Below are positions 1-8,040 of a DNA stretch of 17,110 nucleotides, piece by piece (position 1 is the first letter of the stretch; each line of letters begins with the position of its first letter). This DNA is from Candidatus Nanohaloarchaea archaeon (lineage in GTDB: Archaea; Nanohalarchaeota; Nanosalinia; Nanosalinales; Nanosalinaceae): positions 1 to 17,110 of the forward strand of contig JAWOFP010000018.1 in NCBI GenBank assembly GCA_046497485.1, written 5' to 3'. The notes beneath the pieces were generated by a model, which was given only the letters and a program-made list of their open reading frames with translations, had not been told where the DNA came from and did no database searches. Position numbers and translations under genes: made by a program.

Positions 1-450
1 CAATTCATAGTCATAACTTACGTTTCCTGAACCAACGTCATACAATATAAGGCCTACTAACAGTATCAGAAGAGCTATTCCTGCTTTCTTCACTTGATTA
101 TTTGTAGGGCTAAACTCTTTCTGAGTTACCATATACCCTAATCCTGCAAAGATTCCGGACGAGACAATTAATGAAAGCATTATTCCATCTGATCCGAAGC
201 CAAATCTTCCCATAGTGTAGAACAATGCGACAATATATGCTCCTGCAGAAAACACATAAGCCAGTACCGAGCTATTTCCTCCGCTTATCAGGCCTAGACC
301 AAGAAAAGTCAGAAATACTGAGAACAGAATAAATGATATTGTGAACGGTGAAAGAGCCACCAAGTACTCAAAACCGAAATATATTATAGCCAGGATTCCT
401 AGAAATGATGACGCGCCGTAAAATATTTTCTCCTGACTGATAAACGCCAT
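1..450 (-). CDS. Multi-pass membrane protein, partial (runs off the left edge of the window)
   Basis: Not in the ORF track. Read by hand: ATG at 450, then 150 open codons to position 1 (MAFISQEKIFYGASSFLGILAIIYFGFEYLVALSPF...GIALLILLVGLILYDVGSGNVSYDYEL), with about 5 hydrophobic segments and an AT-rich TATA-like box about 21-30 nt upstream. Confidence 0.85.
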   Translation of the reverse strand, partial: MAFISQEKIFYGASSFLGILAIIYFGFEYLVALSPFTISFILFSVFLTFLGLGLISGGNSSVLAYVFSAGAYIVALFYTMGRFGFGSDGIMLSLIVSSGIFAGLGYMVTQKEFSPTNNQVKKAGIALLILLVGLILYDVGSGNVSYDYEL

Positions 451-525
451 AAAACCTATTATTCAGGCCTATATTTTATTCTTTGTCTTTCTGTTCGATT
501 AATTCCGAAGCTTTCCGTTGACCAG

Positions 526-2184
526 TTAATCCTCAGCTAAAGGTTCTGGAAGAGGCCTAACCATTCTAGGAACTTGAATCTCTATCTCTTCCTCTATCTC
601 GCCCTCATCCGAGAGCCTCTGGACTTTATCGGCGACAGTATAGAGACCTTCAAGATAGACTAACTGGCCTGAAGCTTCCGTATCAAACATTTCAAGTTTA
701 TCAGTTACCTTCATCAATCTATTTCCTTCATGATGATTGATTAGCGCATACGAACGGTTATCTGCCTCTACTATCTCAAAATAGTAAGCAGGCCTCGACT
801 CAAGATCTATAGAATCTAACTCTTCCAACTCAGAGTTATAGAGAGTTAAACTGCCGTTCTCTCCTGCTCCTGAGACCAAAACTTTATCCTGAGTTGTTTC
901 AACATTCACGGCCTCAACTTCAATTGAGTCAGTGTTGCCTTCATGGTCTATAACCATTAATTGGTTCTCTCCATTTACGAGAACCTTATCGCCGAGTTTT
1001 TCTACATCTTGATATCCTATTTCTAGGCCTTCCGTATCTAAAATCTCTCCATCTCTCAGGATTTCTGTCTCTCTATTCTGGTAATCTATGCCTCTGAACT
1101 CTCTTTTCAGGATCAGTTCTTCTCTCGAGACAATCTGGGTTATTCTTCCATCAAAAGTGTCTTCAGTCACAGAGAGATCAGAGTTATTTATTTTCAGAAG
1201 AGCTGATTCTTCATAATCACTCATATTTTCTTCATCGTAAGAACTGAACTCTTCCTCTAACTCCTTCATATTCTCAGATTCATACTCTCTCATCGCAGCC
1301 TCTAACTCGATCTGCATGCTTCTATCAGTTAAATCATACCCTTGGAGCTCTTGAACTCTTTCACGCATATCTCCGCTGATTGAAGCCTCATTAAGTAGAA
1401 AATCCGTCATTATCTCGCTTTCAGGCCTTCTATCGCTATAGCTGACAAAAGTTGTTTCTTCAGTTACTTCGACTTGAGTCATTGAGGACGCCACAAAACC
1501 TGTTGAATCAATTTCATCGCCAGTTTCCGCATCCAAAGTCGCCAATGTATAGGTATAATCTGTCTGGCCTCCATAATTAGGCCTTAAAACGCTTGTACAG
1601 GCAATCTCTACATCATGCATAGGCCTGATTGGGCAGTTCATATCGTTCTCTCGTGTCAATAGAACCACTCTATCTTTTACAAGTTTCATCTCCTGAACGC
1701 TTGAGTTAAGGCTTCGGCTCCATTCTTTATTCATTTCCTTGTCGTAGCCCACGATTCTATCCTGTTCTTCGATTATAGTCTTGTTTTCCGAGACCAGTGT
1801 AGGGCCTCCAACCTCTGAAATATTGTGTTCTAACTCTAACTCCGGAGTCTTCACTGACTGGAAATGTCTTGGATCCCTGTGAGAAATTAGTATGCTATTT
1901 TTCGTTGTCTGTATCCATTCCGAGGACTTTACAGAGTTTTCCCGTGCAAGGATTTCTGTTTCAGATCCTTGTTCGGAGACTGCATCTTGAGAAGCCGTCG
2001 AACTCTCAGTACTCTCCGTATAACTTGTCTTTGAGGCCTGGCTCTCGCTATTCATGTAGTCTATAAATTCCTGATCCGAGTTAAAAGTAGTAGTCGTTTC
2101 CGTCGATTCCTCAGGGCTTTGATTCATGCAGCCTGAAGTAATTAGAACTAGTCCAAGTAAAATTAGATATAATTTAGTGTTCAT
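526..2184 (-). CDS. Secreted lipoprotein with beta-propeller-like domain (COG4880-like)
   Basis: 552-aa ORF. Hydrophobic signal ending in lipobox ITSGC, then a Ser/Thr/Glu-rich linker. The CPIRP...IAC...DYTYTLATLDAETG segment resembles archaeal COG4880 beta-propeller proteins (recognised from memory, not searched). Confidence 0.7.
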   Translation of the reverse strand: MNTKLYLILLGLVLITSGCMNQSPEESTETTTTFNSDQEFIDYMNSESQASKTSYTESTESSTASQDAVSEQGSETEILARENSVKSSEWIQTTKNSILISHRDPRHFQSVKTPELELEHNISEVGGPTLVSENKTIIEEQDRIVGYDKEMNKEWSRSLNSSVQEMKLVKDRVVLLTRENDMNCPIRPMHDVEIACTSVLRPNYGGQTDYTYTLATLDAETGDEIDSTGFVASSMTQVEVTEETTFVSYSDRRPESEIMTDFLLNEASISGDMRERVQELQGYDLTDRSMQIELEAAMREYESENMKELEEEFSSYDEENMSDYEESALLKINNSDLSVTEDTFDGRITQIVSREELILKREFRGIDYQNRETEILRDGEILDTEGLEIGYQDVEKLGDKVLVNGENQLMVIDHEGNTDSIEVEAVNVETTQDKVLVSGAGENGSLTLYNSELEELDSIDLESRPAYYFEIVEADNRSYALINHHEGNRLMKVTDKLEMFDTEASGQLVYLEGLYTVADKVQRLSDEGEIEEEIEIQVPRMVRPLPEPLAED

Positions 2185-2211
2185 AAACCAGTAAATGGTT
2201 AGACTGGTTTA
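2184..2211. promoter_or_regulatory. Perfect 9-bp inverted repeat between the TATA-like box and the start codon of the beta-propeller lipoprotein; candidate operator
   Basis: TAAACCAGT (2184-2192), 10-nt spacer, ACTGGTTTA (2203-2211). It overlaps the minus-strand TTTTTAAA box at 2208-2215. Confidence 0.45.
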
Positions 2212-2244
2212 AAAACAGGTCGAAGTTGTTCGAATAAAAGAGAA

Positions 2245-2850
2245 CTATACCCCGACTCCTGTCGAGGCCTCAGGCAGCTCAACTTTATCATACTCAATCC
2301 CTAACTCGTTCAAGGCCTGTTCCAAGTGTTCCTCTTTCGCATAATCAGCCCCATCCTCAACTCTCAACTCGTGAGCTTTAGCTAATACTTCCGCTCTCCT
2401 ATCATCCGGAATATTGAACTTGTCAGCTGAAAGTTCCACGACTAAACCATTGTTATCCTGCGTATAGATTGAATGAAAAATCCCCCTATTGAAGATATTA
2501 TAGCCATAACCATTCTCATCTAAGGCCTCTGTAATCTCACCAAACTCCTCAGGATCGATCTTATACGAAATATGGTGAACTGAACCGGTTTGAGGCCTCT
2601 GACCACGAGCAGAATCCCGTTCATCATTCACGAAAAAAGTTAAAATCCTTCCATCCCCCGTATCAAAGAATAAATGAGTCTGATCCGGATCATCCAAATT
2701 AGGCTGCTTCAAAACCAAAGCCATCCCCAGAATATCCTGATAAAACTCTATAGTATCCTCCTCATTACTCCCCCAGATCGTGATATGATCGGTTCCACGG
2801 GTTTTCAACAAACTCTCAGGCCTTTCAGTATCAATGTTAAGTTCTGTCAT
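2245..2850 (-). CDS. VOC family (glyoxalase/extradiol dioxygenase-like) protein, haloarchaeal type
   Basis: GTDHITIWG...EFYQDILGM, HLFFDTGDGRILTFF, GSVHHISY and SIYTQDNNGLVVEL are typical VOC beta-alpha-beta-beta-beta motifs with His/His/Glu metal ligands. Confidence 0.9.
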   Translation of the reverse strand: MTELNIDTERPESLLKTRGTDHITIWGSNEEDTIEFYQDILGMALVLKQPNLDDPDQTHLFFDTGDGRILTFFVNDERDSARGQRPQTGSVHHISYKIDPEEFGEITEALDENGYGYNIFNRGIFHSIYTQDNNGLVVELSADKFNIPDDRRAEVLAKAHELRVEDGADYAKEEHLEQALNELGIEYDKVELPEASTGVGV

Positions 2851-2943
2851 AACTTCAAGTTCGAAGGCCTATATTAAGAATTGAGCGGTTACATCAGCAC
2901 CACAAAGAATCTAAATAAAAATCCTTGTCATCATACAGTAACC

Positions 2944-3519
2944 GTGAGTTACCAAGTCCCTGAAGTATCAGTAGACTACATAGGACTGGACGATCATATC
3001 GATGATGAGCTATCTTTACACCCTCACGAAAGTATCACCAACTACTTTCTCGATTTTAGAGCAGAAGCACAAGATTACCGCAACTTAGATAATTTAGACG
3101 CAGAAATCACAGTAGAAGTCGATGACAAAATACACAACGGAACAGAACCGCGCGAATTCACTGTAGAACCACCAGAATACTTTGAAATCCAAGGCCTAGA
3201 AACTGTAGATGCATTTGAAGCACTGGACTCCAGATTAGACGATAATAAAACAAGTACTTGGAAAATGGTCTACACACCAGAGTCAGAGGATTTTTTGGAA
3301 ATAATTGAGGAACTGGAAAACAATGGACCAGTCTGGAGACTAGACCTGATGGAAGATCATGTCAAAAGCAGCATAGTTTATGACCCTGTAGAGAATTCCT
3401 TCAAAGTTGACGGCCCATTCACATCTGCAGAAAGCAGAGAAGCCACCGAATCCCATCCAACATATGTAACAGCCAACAAAATTCTGGAGGATACAGGCCT
3501 AGATAGACTCGCAAAATAA
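2944..3519 (+). CDS. Hypothetical acidic protein
   Basis: Long ORF with halophile-like D/E content. The in-frame GTG at 2944 is preferred over TTG 2881 because an AT-rich box (TAAATAAAA, 2912-2920) lies about 25-30 nt upstream. No family recognised. Confidence 0.7.
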   Translation: MSYQVPEVSVDYIGLDDHIDDELSLHPHESITNYFLDFRAEAQDYRNLDNLDAEITVEVDDKIHNGTEPREFTVEPPEYFEIQGLETVDAFEALDSRLDDNKTSTWKMVYTPESEDFLEIIEELENNGPVWRLDLMEDHVKSSIVYDPVENSFKVDGPFTSAESREATESHPTYVTANKILEDTGLDRLAK

Positions 3520-3523
3520 GTTA

Positions 3524-3629
3524 TAGCCCCTCCCGGATTCGAACCGGGGGTCTCCGGCTATCTTCTACCAACAGCGTATCCTGTTAGGTAGCCAAAGGCC
3601 GGTGGAGTTGGCCGCTGTCCTAAGGGGCT
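3524..3629 (-). tRNA. tRNA-Gln: tRNA-Gln(TTG) with a 32-nt intron at canonical position 37/38 (intron 3560-3591)
   Basis: The minus strand folds as AGCCCCT/AGGGGCT acceptor with discriminator A, anticodon stem CCGGC/GCCGG with loop CT-TTG-G|A, and T arm CCCGG-TTCGAAT-CCGGG. The intron CTACCTAACAGGATACGCTGTTGGTAGAAGAT forms a BHB: CTTT/GAAG central helix, bulges GG|C and AT|A, outer helix TACC/GGTA. Confidence 0.95.
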
Positions 3630-3643
3630 GTTTTACGGGCCTG

Positions 3644-4477
3644 TTAGCCTCTAGCTTTAATTGGTTGAATGAGTCTTATAAACTTGTCAACTTCATCATT
3701 GGCAGCAACCTGCACTGACCGATAGCCTCCTTTTGATGTCGAGATACCTTCAGTTTCACACATTTCTTTGAAATCATCAAGAAGAGGTTGAGATGCATTC
3801 TTGAATTGTATTACTGTGTCTCCAGGAACCCTCTCATAAACAGTTCCGTCAGTATCAACCAAGCCTTTCAGACACCGAACTCGAAATTCGGGATTTTCCT
3901 TTATCCAACCTGGAACACAAACCTGATTATCAGTCTTGTTACCGGATTCCAGGCCTAATTCTTCTAATCGCTCTACTAAATCCTTTGAATAAACCATAAG
4001 CTTTGCCGCCTTAGAATTAGGCTCAGAATAGTAATTAGGTTCTTTACCTACAGCTTCTAAAAATAATTCTTCAGCCCTATCAATAATCTCTGTCTCATCT
4101 TCGTGAAAACACATATCAACCCTATAGTTCGTAATATGTCTATCTTCCCTTTGTTCGTAAAAATCCTCCATATGTCCGTCTCCGAGCATCATTCCAAAGA
4201 ATTCTGCTAAATCCTTATCTTTAGTCAAACTCAAGACTCTTTTATCGTATGAAACACCATTTCTATGATCTACTAATTCATGCTCAATACTAGACCCAAA
4301 AAGATTTTGCAGCTTCTCAAACACCTCCAAGGACATATTAAAATCTTTATACAGATGATTTTTAAATTCAGTACCTATACACTCGCTTATTTCTCTTATA
4401 GACAAATTTCGTTTTGTTTTAAGATTCTTTCTAACTTTTTGAAGCTCTTCTTTTGAAACAGAGACTCTATTAACCAT
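3644..4477 (-). CDS. Free-standing two-motif LAGLIDADG homing-endonuclease-like protein with an N-terminal HTH-like extension
   Basis: Motif 1 LAEFFGMMLGDG and motif 2 CLKGLVDTDG both retain the catalytic acidic residue. KLMVYSKDLVERLEELGL, VPGWIK and IQFKNASQPLLDDF are typical segments. The N-terminus has LSIREISECIG (HTH-like). No intein splicing blocks seen. Confidence 0.88.
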   Translation of the reverse strand: MVNRVSVSKEELQKVRKNLKTKRNLSIREISECIGTEFKNHLYKDFNMSLEVFEKLQNLFGSSIEHELVDHRNGVSYDKRVLSLTKDKDLAEFFGMMLGDGHMEDFYEQREDRHITNYRVDMCFHEDETEIIDRAEELFLEAVGKEPNYYSEPNSKAAKLMVYSKDLVERLEELGLESGNKTDNQVCVPGWIKENPEFRVRCLKGLVDTDGTVYERVPGDTVIQFKNASQPLLDDFKEMCETEGISTSKGGYRSVQVAANDEVDKFIRLIQPIKARG

Positions 4478-4570
4478 ATTATTGCATAAAGAACTCAGAG
4501 ATTTAAACTTAGATCTATTCAGGCATTTTCATAAAGAAAAAGAATAATTAAATTGTTTCTCTTAGGCTTT

Positions 4571-5002
4571 CTATGAGATTGTTATTATTCCTGTCATTCC
4601 TTGGGCTGCGTGAGTTCCTACTGAGCAGATGAACTCTATTTCACCAGTCTCATCAAAAGTTACTGTGAAGCTTTCTGTTTCTCCTCCTGAGATTACTGAG
4701 GTTCCTTGTCCGAGATCTGGTATCCTCATGTCATGTTGTCCGCCTTCATTCCTGAACACGAACTCTATAGTCTGGCCTTGTTCTACCTCAATGTTTTCTG
4801 GTTCAAAGTAGTAGTTTCCGCCTGATACTTCAATAGTTCTATCTACTTCAGAAGCATCATCAGACTCCGCATTATCCGTCTCTGCCGAAATATTTTCATC
4901 AGGTTCCTCAGGCATATCTTGTTGATCGGTGGTTGAATCCATGCATCCTGAAGTAACTAGTACTAGGCCTAAAATCGCTGCTGCAATAATTTTTGTATCC
5001 AT
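4571..5002 (-). CDS. Lipid-anchored cupredoxin (plastocyanin/halocyanin-like blue copper protein), Met axial ligand
   Basis: Likely start ATG 5002 (MDTKII...), lipobox VTSGC, acidic linker, FEPENIEVEQGQTIEFVF, and type-1 Cu ligands H (GQHDM) plus C-x4-H-x4-M (CSVGTHAAQGM). Confidence 0.92.
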   Translation of the reverse strand: MDTKIIAAAILGLVLVTSGCMDSTTDQQDMPEEPDENISAETDNAESDDASEVDRTIEVSGGNYYFEPENIEVEQGQTIEFVFRNEGGQHDMRIPDLGQGTSVISGGETESFTVTFDETGEIEFICSVGTHAAQGMTGIITIS

Positions 5003-5085
5003 AAACTTTCTTTGGATAACTGTGCTTTTCAATTTTGTGAGTGAGAAAGACAGGTGTTAAAACTCTCGGAGAACTTATCTGAACT

Positions 5086-6141
5086 GTGAAAGAAGAAGTT
5101 GTTGTCGCTGGAGGAGGTATCGCAGGCCTCGAATCAGCTCTCAGACTTGAGAGAAAGGGATTCAAAGTTAAACTTGTAGATCCGGAAGATGGTTTATTTT
5201 TCTATCCTTCAGGTCATAGAATAATTGATGGTGATCCAGCTGAGGAAGTTACGATCAATTATGAAAGAAAGTTCCAAGACAGGGGTATAGAACATATCAA
5301 GGCCTCAGTTACAGATCTGGATAAAGAAGGAAAACGTGTTTCGACAACTTCAGGGAAATTAGACTTTGATTATCTGGTTCTGGCTTTGGGATCTGAGGCG
5401 AACTTCTTTGGGATAGAGACTGATGAGACAGAGTTAATGCGTTACAAAGAGGATCTCGAGGAAATAAATGACAGAATTGAGAAAAAAGACAGTCTGGAGG
5501 CCTTTGTAGTTGGAGGCGGTGCGACCGGTCTAGAAGCAGCAGCATCACTTTCAGAAAGAAAAAATGTCGATGTAATCGTTCTTCAAGCCGTAAATAGGCT
5601 AGTTCCGCAACTGAATGAAAAGACTTCTGAAAAGGCCTTGAAAATCCTTGAAAATAAAGGAGTAAATATCAATCTGAATGAGGCTGTAGAAGAAATTGAA
5701 GATGAAGAGATCAAGACCTCTGATTCAACTTACAATGCTGATCTGATTATCTGGGCGGCTGGAATCAAGAAAAGAGAATTTCTAAATGATTTAGAGCTTT
5801 CACAGAATGACAAAGGCCTTTTAGTGGATGAGCATCAGAGAATTGAGGGAGAAGAAAATATATTTGCTGTAGGCGATAACTGCTTCTACGATGGGAAGAA
5901 ATCCAGGGCGCTTTATGCATTATTTGAGTCTAAAGCAGCTGCAAAAAATATTTACCGGACAGAAAACAGTAAGAATTTGGTAGAGAGACAGATTCATTAT
6001 GACCCGATTCTTCTTTACATGGGTAAACACAGCTCAATTCTGGAACTCAAAAACTTCTGTTTCTCAGGCCTGATACCTTCACTGATAGAAAAATTCGGTG
6101 TAGAAAAACGCTACATGTTGCTCAGAAAGCATATACTTTAG
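5086..6141 (+). CDS. NAD(P)/FAD-dependent oxidoreductase, type II NADH dehydrogenase-like (Pyr_redox_2)
   Basis: Two Rossmann motifs (VVAGGGIAG and VVGGGATGLE), DYLVLALGS, IIWAAG, IFAVGD. GTG start. Confidence 0.88.
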   Translation: MKEEVVVAGGGIAGLESALRLERKGFKVKLVDPEDGLFFYPSGHRIIDGDPAEEVTINYERKFQDRGIEHIKASVTDLDKEGKRVSTTSGKLDFDYLVLALGSEANFFGIETDETELMRYKEDLEEINDRIEKKDSLEAFVVGGGATGLEAAASLSERKNVDVIVLQAVNRLVPQLNEKTSEKALKILENKGVNINLNEAVEEIEDEEIKTSDSTYNADLIIWAAGIKKREFLNDLELSQNDKGLLVDEHQRIEGEENIFAVGDNCFYDGKKSRALYALFESKAAAKNIYRTENSKNLVERQIHYDPILLYMGKHSSILELKNFCFSGLIPSLIEKFGVEKRYMLLRKHIL

Positions 6142-6211
6142 CCCCCCCAGGATTCGAACCTGGGTCACCAGCCCCAGAAGCTGGTAGGATTGGCCACTAC
6201 CCCAGGGGGCT
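6139..6211 (-). tRNA. tRNA-Gln: tRNA-Gln(CTG), intron-less
   Basis: Minus strand reads AGCCCCC-TG-GGGTAGTGGCCAATCCT-A-CCAGC-TTCTGGG-GCTGG-TGAC-CCAGG-TTCGAAT-CCTGG-GGGGGCT-A (73 nt), with the A1-U72 pair typical of archaeal tRNA-Gln. Confidence 0.96.
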
Positions 6212-6252
6212 TATATCAACTCCTTCACGGCAATTCTTAATAACTGTAGAGG

Positions 6253-7155
6253 TCAGAAGGCCTGAAGCAGTATATACCCGATGAATATTAGGAGAAGTAT
6301 TACTGCTTCTATTCTTGAGAACTCTCCTTTCCATGAGAAAAACATGGCGAATGCTCCGACTATTACAAGTGCGAGTAGTACGGGTACGAGAGAGACTATT
6401 GATGGGGTCGAGATAAGGCCTAGAATTGAAAGCGTTAAGGTGATGTTTACCAGTGTTGATCCGAATATGTCTCCTAGTGCGAGGGAGGTATCGCCTTTTT
6501 TGACTGCTGCTATCTCAAACGCGAGTTCTGGAAGGCCTGTGCCGACCGCTACTACTGTTGCGCCCAGTATCTCGATTGGTATCCCGAGTACTTCTCCCAG
6601 TCCTTTTGCTCCCGTAACCATTAGCCTTGCCGAGAATAGGAGAGCTGCGACTCCTGCTAAAGTCAGTAAAACTGTTTTAGCTGAGGCCTCTTCTTTCTCA
6701 TTCATTTTAAATGACGAATGCTCTGCCCTGTAGAGAAAGCCTCCGTAGAGACCAAGTAAAATTATGACAACTATGAACGATAGATTTTGGAAGATGATCA
6801 GTGTGAGTGCTGCAAGCATTGTAGCAATTCCGGCGTCTCTAATCAGTTCAAGATCTTCTCCTTCTAGTTCAAGGCCTTTCGCTGCGAAAATTGTTATTCC
6901 TAATACGAATGTCAGGTTTACGAGAGAAGAACCTATGATGTCCCCCGCTGAGAGCTGTGGTACGCCTTCATAAGCTGATATAATTGCTGTGGCGATTTCC
7001 GGTAGACCTGTGGAGACTGACATGAAGACTGCTCCAAACATGAAGCTTGGAAGCCCTAAGGCCTTAATCAGTTTCTCAGCATTATCCACAGTTTTATCCG
7101 CTGAAAGCCATAATCCTATCAGTCCTGCTACAAGCAGTAAAATGTATTCAATCAT
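6253..7155 (-). CDS. Sodium:calcium antiporter (CaCA family, YrbG/NCX-like)
   Basis: About 10 TM segments with the two alpha repeats STGLPE...GDIIGSSLVN and GTGLPE...GDIFGSTLVN. Confidence 0.93.
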   Translation of the reverse strand: MIEYILLLVAGLIGLWLSADKTVDNAEKLIKALGLPSFMFGAVFMSVSTGLPEIATAIISAYEGVPQLSAGDIIGSSLVNLTFVLGITIFAAKGLELEGEDLELIRDAGIATMLAALTLIIFQNLSFIVVIILLGLYGGFLYRAEHSSFKMNEKEEASAKTVLLTLAGVAALLFSARLMVTGAKGLGEVLGIPIEILGATVVAVGTGLPELAFEIAAVKKGDTSLALGDIFGSTLVNITLTLSILGLISTPSIVSLVPVLLALVIVGAFAMFFSWKGEFSRIEAVILLLIFIGYILLQAF

Positions 7156-7184
7156 CTATGTCTAACTTTCAGGCCTGACAGGTT

Positions 7185-7979
7185 TTAATCCCTGCGGTAA
7201 ACCCCATCGCCTTCCACTTCTCTACCCGTGAGTTCTACCCATCTGTCTTGGCTTCCGATTAGGTAGCTGTTGTCGTAATAACTGTTGTAGAAATCCTGCC
7301 TATAGCTATTTCCTCTCCAGCTAAATCCTTCGTTCCAAGAATTTCGGCCTTCAAGACCTACATCAAACTCTAAATAAGTCTCATTACCTGCTTCATAATT
7401 CATATAGGCCTGTGTAGTTGCACAGCCAGATTCGCGTGCATTCTGGCATTCAGTAGTATTTGAAATTAAATGAGGTTCCTCTGTCAGACCTCTACTTGTG
7501 TTGATCGATCTGTTGTAATCGATTCTGATGTAGAAATCATAGGAACTGTACTCTCTGATCCCTGAAACATTGATTCTTTCCACATATCCCGATTCATTAA
7601 AGGAATCTGGCGGCTCTGCATCACCGAATCTTTCATCCCTGGTTTCAGGCCCGAAATCACCTATATCGAGTCTAAGATATCCAGAATCTGTTATAGATGT
7701 CGAGGCGTTAAAGTCGTTTGAAATAGTTACATTAGGATCCTGAGAACTATTTTCTATAGCATTTCTGAATCTTTCATCTTCCGGATAAGGCAGTAAAATT
7801 TCAGTATCGTTCAAAGTTCCATTAGCTCTTAGCTCGGCCGAATACTCTATCTGATGCGAGAAATTCTCAGGCTCAGTGTCTAGAGACATTAATAAGCTGA
7901 CAGCTAGGCCTACTAGAACCATTACCAATACAATTGCAAAGACTCCTATAGCGATACCTATCTTCGCCAGCCGATCCAT
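7185..7979 (-). CDS. N-terminally membrane-anchored surface protein, probable glycoprotein, unknown function
   Basis: Single N-terminal hydrophobic helix, acidic ectodomain with 12 N-x-S/T sequons and a C-x7-C pair. ATG 7979 is preferred over TTG 7982. Confidence 0.8.
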   Translation of the reverse strand: MDRLAKIGIAIGVFAIVLVMVLVGLAVSLLMSLDTEPENFSHQIEYSAELRANGTLNDTEILLPYPEDERFRNAIENSSQDPNVTISNDFNASTSITDSGYLRLDIGDFGPETRDERFGDAEPPDSFNESGYVERINVSGIREYSSYDFYIRIDYNRSINTSRGLTEEPHLISNTTECQNARESGCATTQAYMNYEAGNETYLEFDVGLEGRNSWNEGFSWRGNSYRQDFYNSYYDNSYLIGSQDRWVELTGREVEGDGVYRRD

Positions 7980-8040
7980 CAACTAAAACTTTGTTACAGG
8001 CCTAAATAAATTCTGTTATTTTGTTCGATAGAGATAGAAT

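Noticed and set aside
3644..4477. LAGLIDADG protein as an intein or intron-encoded ORF
   Set aside because: No N-terminal Cys/Ser block or C-terminal His-Asn splicing motif and no flanking extein. It lies outside the 32-nt tRNA intron.
5003..5032. N-terminal extensions given by the ORF track for the first cupredoxin (5032), the hypothetical protein (2881) and the four-TM protein (12129)
   Set aside because: Downstream starts fit signal-peptide position, TATA spacing or translational coupling better.
4908..5548. Minus-strand ORFs 4908-5165 and 5309-5548; also 8999-9199, 15703-15915 and 16867-17061
   Set aside because: They overlap confident genes in another frame or strand and have no recognisable features.
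6281..6973. Plus-strand ORFs 6281-6733 and 6764-6973, and similar ORFs at 1869, 2674, 4629, 8516, 8948, 11396, 12265, 14031, 14968, 15449 and 16412
   Set aside because: Antisense shadows of well-supported minus-strand genes; many are Ser-rich, they lack the acidic composition of real proteins here and show no motifs.
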